A stretch of 64,000 bases of DNA from an uncultured Christensenella sp. Lineage in GTDB: Bacteria > Bacillota > Clostridia > Christensenellales > UBA1242. Each line of letters starts with the position of its first letter. The stretch's first letter is position 1. Below, in pieces: positions 19,301-25,262 of this stretch. The notes beneath the pieces are model-generated. The model worked only from the letters and a program-made list of their open reading frames with translations. It was not told the DNA's origin and made no database searches. Location of the stretch: NCBI GenBank assembly GCA_910584295.1, contig CAJTYR010000002.1, positions 136,930 through 200,929 on the forward strand. The letters run 5' to 3'. The position numbers and the translations under genes were made by a program.

Positions 19301-21036
19301 AAATTGATGGGCTTTCCCTCATTTCAAGTGCTAAAATGAATTACAGTGGTTTGTTTGCTGAAGTTGGAAGATCTTCTCTTTCAGGGGCGGTTGGAACTCT
19401 TATGAATTTCACAATCAGACCAATTTCGGCTTCATTTGCAAACACAAATGTTGTTGGTGGAATCACTGGAAGACTTGATGGTGGAACTATTGTCAATGTG
19501 AGAATCGAAAATGCTTCCGATGGAAAGGTTGTTGTTTCTGGTATTAACATAGTTGGTGGTGCTGTTGGAATTGCAATTGGAGACTATAAGATTCAAAACC
19601 TTTATTCTCAAGTAAGTGCAAAAGCGAAAAATTTAAGTGGTGACGATACAAACCATTTCAATGAAGCAAATGTCAATTTTGATGATTGCTCTATGGCAGG
19701 CTCGGTTGTTGGTGTTGTCAGCGGAAGAGGAAGAATCTTCAATACTGTGACTGACACCTCTGTTTCTGTTCTTGCAACAAAAGCTGGACTTGTTTTTGGT
19801 GTTGTTGATTCAGAAGCGAATGTTGAAAAAGTTAGATTGACTGTTTTTGATGATATGATTGTCAATGCTCATTCTTATGGTGGGCTTGTTGTCGGAGAGG
19901 TAAAAGGTCACATGACCGACATTGAGGTTGTTGGTGATTCTGGTGCAGCATTTAAAAACTTTATGAATACTCCATATTATTCTGTTGCGATAGGTGGTAT
20001 TGCTGGAATTATGAGTGGTGGAGAGATGAGTGATGTCTCAATGATGCAAAGCATTGAGATAAGCACTGAAAGTGATAGTGTTGAAGATCCTCCATATCTA
20101 GGTGGTGTTGTCGGAGTAATTTCTGAAGTATCAATCCTTAAAAATCTTAATGTTGTTGGAAATATGACTGGTTTCAATTATGTTGGTGGTATTGTCGGAG
20201 CAATCATTGAAGTTGTTGGACAGGTTAATTTTGAAAATGTTAATTTTGCTGGAAAACTTGTTGGACAAGGTCATAATATTGAAGCCTTGGGAATTGGAGG
20301 ACTTGCTGGAAAAGTCGGAGACGGAAACACTGGAGACAATTCAACCTTCAATCTTACAAGCAGTATTCTTGTCTTTGAAAAGACAAAAGATGAAAGTATC
20401 TATGTTAAGACAAATGATACTTCAGCAGATCCCGATAAGCAATACTACACTCTTTCAAATGGAAATTATACAAAAGTAAACGGAACCCCAAGTGGCGATA
20501 TTTCAAATTATTACGAATTGACTTCAAAAACATATTATAAACTTGTGGAAGATGAATATGTTGCGCTTAATGCGGAAGAACTTAAACAAAGCGAAATAGG
20601 TGAATACTATGAAAGGGTTTATAGAAAGAACGCTTTCAACACCTCAGTGGGGGCAACAGTATACACTTATGGAAAGAGTTCTGAGATGAGAATTGGAGCA
20701 ATTGTCGGAGAGAATACTGGAAGAGGGAGCAGTTTTGTTGCGGATACAAACTCAAGAATGGCAGGTGAAGTGAATTCTTATGAAATGTCTTCTGTTCTTG
20801 AGCAGGGGACGGCAACACTCAAAGTTGTTGAGAAAGTGGAAAATTCAAAGAAAGAAGTTGTGGTTGAAAATTCCAATTCAAATGCAATCAGAACTTCTTC
20901 AATTGAAGGCAGGGAGTGTAAGTTCTATTGCGATGTAAAATTCTATTGTCCAATTTCTGACAATGTTGACATATCACATAGACTTACAGTGCTTAACATT
21001 GGTGATGCTGACTTGAAGCTTGCAGAAAAAATCTAG
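10372..21036 (+). CDS. Giant (3,554 aa) surface lipoprotein with an Ig-like N-terminal region and three GLUG-motif beta-helix modules
   Basis: Uninterrupted 10,665-nt ORF. The signal peptide ends in the lipobox FFSG-C (Cys28, nt 10453-10455). A Big_2-like segment reads VSSVELEVGETADVVFTIKN. Arrays of GLUG-type motifs include YAGGIAGVSYGTIERI, YVGGLVGNNSGHITHS, VAGFVGQNSGKIASSF and YGGLVVGEVKGHMTDI. There is no LPXTG and no C-terminal TM. RBS AAAGGA lies upstream. The gene starts 32 nt after the ATPase stop, with no hairpin in between. Confidence 0.9.
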   Translation: MTKIFRNVLISICGAFAFLFAGIFFSGCKVDYSKISLVSNVSSVELEVGETADVVFTIKNYKKGFSNKISVGSRSDETESIFEVPSSSIKYLKNDQVRVTIKAIAGGHGQLHVKTLEGKKECFVDVSVTQYSTSMSSRDGLSYVSNDTNFTPSPSMFDFDLHTTYTKLSHFYFSSRVDFDEKAFKIDSIDEENGTLRGFDGSGGELVGDIIRYDVAKLEKEGEINKLKLFSNGQLVHEFEALPNNFKTISIYDYSVDNPNYEEILFAFSDVYVLPSLNVKVSGGYLNEKTGEVDFKPIDEDRIVIVPNSTADFDMRHYILKMEMISAVVDSKITFKKETSNNFVDVDLYDEFMDVEENSGDVVHYWKISQNSQIQNSTDLTFSVFYDLAKEVTDENVNTTLSYQIDIEIAPTAVMVNGTSEPQTFYLYNEYENDRFGWQEVLVDVVSGFNSSPNFDGVYFTFDQANIDVKYGDNDIVVSGNSRLYKDLSKSFYIRGKGDLGNQDALNATVVVHLVSDILPNELTLNLNCVIIKGATAILRSEDYPLSERSRFVLDADAGPKQFNVQLYADQMFQDVTYRCQSTKSVVLIEVDKNHPYIESAGRFFLNLTITPVDVGDSVYTLYLDNGTSTSISFSVVKTLQPETTRVFLLDAGNDAVSHFEYSRKDDAEFDNVLSLEILNNSNKENITFGSVAYIGFSANVKAGGISNSSSEGQIVSVSQSHGDYRLTTLANGNDLITFTLKGEVVEDFATVSRELEIFVYVSSYSRVDEFYLLNGSARAMENVVYYGSNTNLNDKTVVLSTVVNSQNSSNFNQYFFNENFAEIFDSENLIDGEEGFTYNLTGDEYYTSLQKEKFDKKFVYFYALRPNDMAVAGGVATKIEITKYWIDNGKNEELTKTIEVVSSNGLMFFANDFSYEKKDGDTTIATYEVKFSNIYNVGYYGTFDIETLTYVNSYDTSSISFVLEANISQRGLTRSFNARITSQQFISVDNISLASSLSELNLSSKKLTHTFGAYIYPSNATNKRVIAQFIPSSDYNTDNNLNVSLVDCVVQEGESGVYTITVSCENFYKYCNDRNIKIEELTDDLSGRLYIFPAEWGSSYTTLGGKEAIVIDVQYCNGSEKNPYVIETAEDVLEINSNEMMLKSHYKLATIIDMSSVSHALPIGVLNGENGFRLVGFSGSIIGTTSQAGITNIAVSNNNFYAEVDGTIYAGLFAQVGGESVDDAGQRAKIENVSFSGKVDLQADKTAYVSVLTARNKGKLENVGVTIYESTITAQDAVMFGGVTGENFGYIVQNFTAYDGSNYNDTKPSIYNGLVSKNLVYFDEFVNIVTESKNVYAGGIAGVSYGTIERITSEKETYKLYGYSAYSAMTRINVAGNVSATTEVYVGGAVGKVSNEKTSSKIFGSTSVIDNKVGGLLVGGQISTDEIVGDVRDAIGGIVGFAKTDNVRVVSIVENVSRIFVRGTYYVGGIAGFDSYLQNANRVNFGANNKLEAVDGGAIAYEASMLIKASEVNNYSEKLTNGQPNPNPKEVFYAIGNAMTVNRDYTTTGGKFSAISYVKRSKLEGVVSSTNSSTNDYYGDYIVLKNDGTAFSYEFEKRDVSLGTAESEYQMKLDSKTEGGQSVNVYLMYYFAATGRLNGESETLIKDEISRLNYITPNSKFYPFSLTSQDVSISSGSTEISVDVNGNLTVKNVGLAYITLNSILNVKEQQKIYLYIVNYFDKDFDFSIFHTRPSSSGVNVVNGSSVNIYGNTNTSVYLVPSYELKKIVGEDGVVTSPVTADGESFSISKNGVLNFRNVSYVLAKNTQLFAEAEAENESNYSVVQVNKQTIIFAKSDKADEYEGEFVGDYYLLKPTLKIAFSIGDVEYVYSYVLSDKASISVEVRYKDAAESINPSASTISIKTNEPYSDSISVKSTNADEVLFYEIFQVIDGEQELIQSRMPNSMNEFINIDGSVNLEKWQTYINTINNENDLFGFNFIKNQNVFEYSCRVNDMSKRFLNRANVNIYGEYKVYLYASELEYGVSSMFRIMLSEAEINFVDITNYSNQKDLSVADEIVVPSQTGLLEIAVDPVEATFNKIEISNSELNYQKGATEASLLFVYEKNSEDGVEFVAAQNFGVYQNGKLSFTYQDMVNYFETLNDEFNRKNGVLNKNDKNYQKFVDYIGKVYVSYYMPSLNVDDGVKVGFDLSVYYGKDNIRQDNHINLITKLGSYARLKFDDKNEANGAVYVARGLTYGLSMESYGFSNDQISVAVKVDGRPDNSLAEISGGNGKYTLSISSDSINYGGSDDPGRKIEIVTTAEKFVDNQPIKTESVLTVYIMEYVLNYVYVTGVNEDIVKGMEDGIIHTAVGNPYELQFEISPFLEYDSSNSTIIEEVEVFVEEMTKNIEWAVYYNETKDVLENEKVIRTDYFNINSQTVTPLRIYNPETNLYHFSAKSYYRIENGTYSYSSIATGANEMYTEFAFKVHEQSTQDSPIPVESYEDFVAMKDGEWYILLKDITLPSSEVASVFGGTQFKPLTAKLAGFDGNGYRINMAGTYEYLDDSNIGLFESVPDGMILQNVDICVATDTVIKTNQSGFNVGLLTASNEGVITNCEVYSQSNSSLSVVAPSEASSAYVGGLVGNNSGHITHSRSKVNIRADVNVAGFVGQNSGKIASSFFMGASIKNQRTGGTSEYTAGFAVANSGEIYTSYVSGDPSESGLDEHVYYQGSQDSIESSNNIAGFVYTNTGNVHDCYSNIAIKQSGAFSAGFIFENSGLIERSFSTSVLGSNQTSNYGFMRTNNIGTTEGLVEDCFYLSDVGINVSIGTIVQNERLDLSKLTIVDFMDIDNFKNFVVEEGRNINSVWFFSRSSANPINFNGSIFDLNRPELVAANIEATSMRQLDRTEAVVDPETGMSSVRYIYTYVPGNPALGTAENPILIYDATTMEDYIVRQNNGAGYNYGYYRLINDIDYAEFESNSKLYQTKFMGYIEGNFMEIDGLSLISSAKMNYSGLFAEVGRSSLSGAVGTLMNFTIRPISASFANTNVVGGITGRLDGGTIVNVRIENASDGKVVVSGINIVGGAVGIAIGDYKIQNLYSQVSAKAKNLSGDDTNHFNEANVNFDDCSMAGSVVGVVSGRGRIFNTVTDTSVSVLATKAGLVFGVVDSEANVEKVRLTVFDDMIVNAHSYGGLVVGEVKGHMTDIEVVGDSGAAFKNFMNTPYYSVAIGGIAGIMSGGEMSDVSMMQSIEISTESDSVEDPPYLGGVVGVISEVSILKNLNVVGNMTGFNYVGGIVGAIIEVVGQVNFENVNFAGKLVGQGHNIEALGIGGLAGKVGDGNTGDNSTFNLTSSILVFEKTKDESIYVKTNDTSADPDKQYYTLSNGNYTKVNGTPSGDISNYYELTSKTYYKLVEDEYVALNAEELKQSEIGEYYERVYRKNAFNTSVGATVYTYGKSSEMRIGAIVGENTGRGSSFVADTNSRMAGEVNSYEMSSVLEQGTATLKVVEKVENSKKEVVVENSNSNAIRTSSIEGRECKFYCDVKFYCPISDNVDISHRLTVLNIGDADLKLAEKI
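13738..14900 (+). other. GLUG module 1 of the giant protein (protein-level repeat array)
   Basis: Entry segment NPYVIETAEDVLEIN...HYKLATIIDMS, followed by YAGLFAQVGG, FGGVTGENFGYIVQN, YAGGIAGVSYGTIERI, YVGGAVGKVSN, VGGLLVGGQIS, IGGIVGFAKTDN and YVGGIAGFDSYLQN. Boundaries are approximate. Confidence 0.7.
17791..18990 (+). other. GLUG module 2 of the giant protein
   Basis: Entry segment DSPIPVESYEDFVAM...YILLKDITL...GFDGNGYRINM, followed by NIGLFESV, NVGLLTASNEGVITNC, YVGGLVGNNSGHITHS, VAGFVGQNSGKIASSF, TAGFAVANSGEIYTSY, IAGFVYTNTGNVHDCY and SAGFIFENSGLIERSF. Boundaries are approximate. Confidence 0.75.
19109..20760 (+). other. GLUG module 3 of the giant protein (longest, interrupted by a Tyr-rich insert)
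   Basis: Entry segment GTAENPILIYDATTMEDYI...YYRLINDIDY, followed by YSGLFAEVG, VVGGITGRLDGGTIVNV, IVGGAVGIAIG, MAGSVVGVVSGRGRIFN, YGGLVVGEVKGHMTDI, AIGGIAGIMSGGEMSDV, YLGGVVGVIS, YVGGIVGAI, GIGGLAGKVG and RIGAIVGENTGRGS. Boundaries are approximate. Confidence 0.75.
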
Positions 21037-21041
21037 AAAGA

Positions 21042-21067
21042 GGCGAGAAGAAATTCTCGTCTTTTTT
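21042..21067 (+). terminator. Intrinsic terminator after the giant gene
   Basis: Stem GGCGAGAA / TTCTCGTC (one G-U pair), a GAAA tetraloop, then TTTTTT. It begins 6 nt after the stop codon. Confidence 0.85.
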
Positions 21068-21174
21068 GTTTAAATTAAAAAAAATGGTTAAAAATGTTTG
21101 CATAAACGACCTGATTTGTGCTAATATCTTGATATAAATATTTTTGAAAATTTTAGATTTATTTTGAAAATCTA

Positions 21175-21203
21175 TTGACTTTTTGCGCTTTTAATGATAA
21201 AAT
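21175..21203 (+). promoter_or_regulatory. Putative rpoB promoter (extended -10)
   Basis: TTGACT (21175-21180), a 17-nt spacer, then TGA-TAAAAT (hexamer 21198-21203). Confidence 0.6.
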
Positions 21204-21257
21204 AAGAAAGTTAATTGGCATTATGTTGAGAAATATCTACCATTTTTAACTTAAAAT

Positions 21258-21297
21258 GAGGATTAAGGGGGCTTTTCGCCCTCTAGTCCTCTTTTTT
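21258..21297 (+). promoter_or_regulatory. Terminator-like hairpin plus T-run in the rpoB leader (possible attenuator)
   Basis: The outer stem AGGATTA / TAGTCCT encloses a GGGGG...CCCTC inner stem. CTTTTTT follows, ending about 20 nt before the rpoB ATG. Confidence 0.4.
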
Positions 21298-21318
21298 AAA
21301 TTTTACAGGAGAGTGATT

Positions 21319-24300
21319 ATGTCAGATTTTTTGAAAGAACAGAAATTCGGAAAAGCAAAAAGATATACCTTTGCAAAACTCAAGGATTATCTTGATGTTC
21401 CACCACTTCTTGAAATCCAAAGAAGGAGTTTCAAAGATTTTATTGAAAACGGCATTAAGGAAGTCCTTGATGAGTTTTCTCCAATCGTTGACTATTCAGG
21501 AAAAGCTAAACTTTATTTTCTTGAACCAATCATTGATGCAAAACCAAAGTATGACAAGAAAGAATGTAAGAGAAGAAGTGTGACTTATTCTGTTCCACTC
21601 AATGTCAAGGCACGTTTTGTTGTTGAAGAGACTGGTCAAGCTGTCGAAGATGTTGTTTTCCTTGGAGATATTCCTTTCATGACAGAGGATTGCTCTTTCA
21701 TTTTCAATGGTGTTGAAAGAGTTGTGGTTAACCAAATCATCAAATCTCCAAACTATTATTTGTTGAAAGATAAAGCAAATGACAACTCAACTCTTCATGG
21801 TCAAATCATTCCAAAGCGTGGTATGTATATTGAATTTGAGCAAGGTGCAAACGAAGTTTTGAAAGTTGTGCTTGACCGAAGAAATAAAATCACTCTTGGA
21901 CTTTTCCTTAAGTGCTTTGGATATAGTGCTGAAGAGATTTCAAAACTCTTTGGTGGACACAGACTCATCAAAAATGTTTTGGAAAAAGAAACTCAAAACA
22001 CTCAAGAAGAGGCTTTGATTGAATTTGCAAAGAAAACTAGACCTGCAGATGTCCCTTCTGCGGAGACAACAAGAAGTTATCTCAATCTTTGGTTCTTCTC
22101 TGAACAATGGTATAACCTTTCAAGAGTTGGAAGATACAACCTCAACAAGAAACTCTCAATTGAAAAGAGAGTGCTTGGACATGTTTTGGCAGAGGATGTC
22201 ATCTCTCCAGATGGCGAACTTATCGCAAAGGCTGGCACAGAAGCAACTGAAGAAATTGCTCATAAAATCAAAGCAAGTGGCGTGAACGAAGTATGGATTC
22301 AACTTCCAGAAAAGAAATACCTGATGCGTGGAAACAACAGAGTTAGACTTTCTGATGTGTTCCCTTGCGACGAAAAAGAATTGGGAATTTTGGAAGAAGT
22401 TTACTATCCAGTGCTTGCTGAAATTTTGAAAGATAACAAGACAAAAGACAAGCGCATGCAAGCAATCAAAGAACATGCAAAAGATTTGATGATTACAACT
22501 CTTACAATGGATGATATTTTGGCTTCAATCAGCATGTATCTTGATTGTCTTGAAGATTTGTGTAAGACTGACAAGATTGAACACTTGTCAAACAAGAGAA
22601 TTGCAACTGTTGGGGAGTTGTTCTATGATCACTTCCGTTCTGGCGTCACAAGACTTGTCGCAAATGTCAGAGAAACTTTGCAAGGGAAAGAACTTTCTGA
22701 AGTTACTCCAAGACAGATTGTAAATCCAAAAGCAATCAACAGAGCACTTCGTGATTTTGTGGCTTCTTCACAGTTGTCACAACTTATGGATCAAGTTAAC
22801 CCACTTTCTGGAATCACACAAAAGAGACGTGTGTCTGCTGTTGGTCCTGGAGGTATTAAGAAAGAAAGAGCTGATGCTGAAGTTCGTGATATTCACTACA
22901 CAAACTATGGACGTATCTGCCCAATTGAAACTCCAGAAGGACAAGCAATTGGACTTGTTAACACTCTTACAAGTTATGCAAAAGTGAATGAATATGGTTT
23001 CCTTGAAACTCCTTATAGAAGAGTTAATAAAGAAACAGGTGTTGTTTCAAACAAATGCGAATATTATATGGCTGACATTGAGGATACTGCTTATATTGCT
23101 CAAGCAACGGAACCTCTTGATGAAAATGGAAGATTTGTCAACAAGAGAGTAATTTGCAGACACAAAGACTATGCAATTGAAGTGCCAGCAAGTCAAGTTG
23201 ATTTGGTAGACGCTTCTCCAAGACAATTCATTTCTGTTGCTACTTCTCTTATTCCATTTGTAAACAGCAACGAAGCAAACCGTGCGCTTATGGGTGCAAA
23301 CATGCAGAGACAGGCTGTTCCTCTTCTTAAACCAGAATCTCCAATCGTTGGAACTGGTATGGAAGCAACTGTTGCTCATGATTGTGGATATACTCAACTC
23401 GCAAGAAATGATGGTGAGGTAACTTATGTGAGTGCTGATGAAGTCAGAATTATGACTACTGAAGGCACAGAAGATATTTATGAACTTATCAAGTTTGATA
23501 AAACAAACGATGAAACTTGTTTCAACCAAAAACCTTGTGTTAAGAAAGGTGAAAAAGTTAAGAAAGGTGATGTAATCATTGATGGTTACTCAACTGAAAA
23601 CGGAGAATTGGCTCTTGGAAAGAATGTCCTTGTTGGCTATATGAACTGGGAAGGTTACAACTATGAAGACGCTATTCTCATCAACGAGAGACTTGTGAAG
23701 GAAGATGTCTTCACTTCAATATGCCTCAAAGTTGAAGAACTTAAGTGCAGAACAACAAAACTTGGTGATGAAGTTATCACAAGAGATATTCCAAACCTTG
23801 GTGAAGATGCTCTTAAGAATTTGGATGAAAACGGAATTGTCAGAGTTGGTGCTGAAGTTAGACCAGGGGATATCTTGGTTGGAAAGGTTACTCCAAAGGG
23901 TGAGACAGAACTCTCTCCTGAAGAAAGACTCCTTCGTGCCATCTTTGGCGAAAAGGCAAGAGAAGTTCGTGACACATCTCTTCGTGTTCAACATGGTAAG
24001 GGTGGTGTCATTGTAGATGTTCAAGTGTTCAGCAGAAAGAACAAAGATGAGCTTGAACCTGGTGTTAACGAACTTGTGAAAGTTACTATTGCTCAAAAGA
24101 GAAAACTTTCAGTCGGCGATAAGATGGCTGGGCGTTATGGAAACAAAGGATGTATCTCAATTGTTATGCCAGAATCTGATATGCCTTTCATGGCAAATGG
24201 TCGTCCACTTGACATTGTGCTTAACCCACTTGGTGTTCCTTCTCGTATGAACTTGGGACAAGTTTTGGAAGTTCACCTTGGACTTGTTGCTGGTTCTCTC

Positions 24301-25020
24301 GGCTGGAAGGTGGCAACTCCTTCATTTGACGGAGCTGATGCTGAAAAAATCCAGACACTTCTTAAAGAAAACAACTTCCCAGAAAATGGAAAGGTTCAAC
24401 TTTATGATGGAAGAACTGGTGAGCCATTTGAAAACAAAACAACTGTTGGTATGAAATATATGCTTAAACTTAATCACATGGTTGACAGCAAAATTCATGC
24501 TCGTTCAATTGGACCTTACTCTGTTATCACTCAACAACCACTTGGAGGAAAAGCTCTCTTTGGTGGACAAAGATTTGGTGAAATGGAAGTTTGGGCTTTG
24601 GAAGCTTATGGTGCATCTCATGTGCTTCAAGAAATGCTTACAGTAAAATCCGATGATGTTGTTGGAAGAGTTAAGACTTTTGAAGCTATTGTCAAAGGTC
24701 AACCAATCGCAGAACCTGGAATTCCAGAATCATTTAAAGTTTTGGTTAAGGAATTGCAAGCTCTTGCTCTTGATGTTAAGATTTTGACAGAAAACGATGA
24801 AGAGATTGATCTCCCAGAGCTTTCTCAAGACGAACAAGACAAGATTGGTCTTGACAATGATGTTGAAAAAGATTTGAAGAATGTCACAATTGACATTGAT
24901 GATATGCTTGCAAATGACGATGGAAAAACTGAAGTTGAAAGCGTGATTGAAGAAGAAACAGCAACTCCAACTTTGGAAGATATGGATCTCTTTGATGATT
25001 TTGGAGATTTCGACGAATAA
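21319..25020 (+). CDS. rpoB: DNA-directed RNA polymerase subunit beta
   Basis: GDKMAGRYGNKG, NPLGVPSRMNLGQ and an acidic C-terminal tail. The ATG at 21319 follows RBS AGGAGAG. The 21-codon extension from 21256 in the ORF track overlaps the leader hairpin and is unlikely to be translated. Confidence 0.97.
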   Translation: MSDFLKEQKFGKAKRYTFAKLKDYLDVPPLLEIQRRSFKDFIENGIKEVLDEFSPIVDYSGKAKLYFLEPIIDAKPKYDKKECKRRSVTYSVPLNVKARFVVEETGQAVEDVVFLGDIPFMTEDCSFIFNGVERVVVNQIIKSPNYYLLKDKANDNSTLHGQIIPKRGMYIEFEQGANEVLKVVLDRRNKITLGLFLKCFGYSAEEISKLFGGHRLIKNVLEKETQNTQEEALIEFAKKTRPADVPSAETTRSYLNLWFFSEQWYNLSRVGRYNLNKKLSIEKRVLGHVLAEDVISPDGELIAKAGTEATEEIAHKIKASGVNEVWIQLPEKKYLMRGNNRVRLSDVFPCDEKELGILEEVYYPVLAEILKDNKTKDKRMQAIKEHAKDLMITTLTMDDILASISMYLDCLEDLCKTDKIEHLSNKRIATVGELFYDHFRSGVTRLVANVRETLQGKELSEVTPRQIVNPKAINRALRDFVASSQLSQLMDQVNPLSGITQKRRVSAVGPGGIKKERADAEVRDIHYTNYGRICPIETPEGQAIGLVNTLTSYAKVNEYGFLETPYRRVNKETGVVSNKCEYYMADIEDTAYIAQATEPLDENGRFVNKRVICRHKDYAIEVPASQVDLVDASPRQFISVATSLIPFVNSNEANRALMGANMQRQAVPLLKPESPIVGTGMEATVAHDCGYTQLARNDGEVTYVSADEVRIMTTEGTEDIYELIKFDKTNDETCFNQKPCVKKGEKVKKGDVIIDGYSTENGELALGKNVLVGYMNWEGYNYEDAILINERLVKEDVFTSICLKVEELKCRTTKLGDEVITRDIPNLGEDALKNLDENGIVRVGAEVRPGDILVGKVTPKGETELSPEERLLRAIFGEKAREVRDTSLRVQHGKGGVIVDVQVFSRKNKDELEPGVNELVKVTIAQKRKLSVGDKMAGRYGNKGCISIVMPESDMPFMANGRPLDIVLNPLGVPSRMNLGQVLEVHLGLVAGSLGWKVATPSFDGADAEKIQTLLKENNFPENGKVQLYDGRTGEPFENKTTVGMKYMLKLNHMVDSKIHARSIGPYSVITQQPLGGKALFGGQRFGEMEVWALEAYGASHVLQEMLTVKSDDVVGRVKTFEAIVKGQPIAEPGIPESFKVLVKELQALALDVKILTENDEEIDLPELSQDEQDKIGLDNDVEKDLKNVTIDIDDMLANDDGKTEVESVIEEETATPTLEDMDLFDDFGDFDE

Positions 25021-25136
25021 GCGTAGGCGTCACTTAAGCTCATTTTTGCCATGAGTGGCAAAAAGTTTCGCAATAACATTTGCCTACGCTTATTAGCGAC
25101 CAGATGAAATCGTACTGCGTTGGCGATTTGTCGCTA
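25016..25136 (+). promoter_or_regulatory. Nested inverted repeats in the rpoB-rpoC spacer
   Basis: A perfect 13-bp stem, AATAAGCGTAGGC (25016-25028) / GCCTACGCTTATT (25082-25094), includes the rpoB stop codon. Inside it is a 9-bp hairpin at 25043-25064. A second nested pair follows: TAGCGAC (25094-25100) / GTCGCTA (25130-25136), with AAATCG / CGATTT inside. Confidence 0.5.
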
Positions 25137-25262
25137 CTCTCTGGAGAAGAGATGTGGTGAGGGCAATTGGTATTATATTAAAATTGCAACATGGTTGGAC
25201 AAAAAACTGGCAAGATTATGTGACATAAAATAAAACGCCACATGGTGGCTTAGGGGAAAAAT

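Noticed and set aside
7646-21036. Interpretation of the ATPase plus giant gene as part of an intact conjugative element or ICE.
   Set aside because: No relaxase, VirD4-type coupling protein, VirB6/PrgH-like, VirB8/PrgL-like, CHAP or lytic hydrolase, integrase or flanking repeats are recognisable anywhere in the window. Both flanks are housekeeping genes. A decayed relic cannot be excluded (see findings).
21256-21318. 21-codon N-terminal extension of rpoB in the ORF track (MRIKGAFRPLVLFFKFYRRVI).
   Set aside because: It overlaps the leader hairpin and T-run and has no RBS. The ATG at 21319 has AGGAGAG at proper spacing and gives a conventional RpoB N-terminus.
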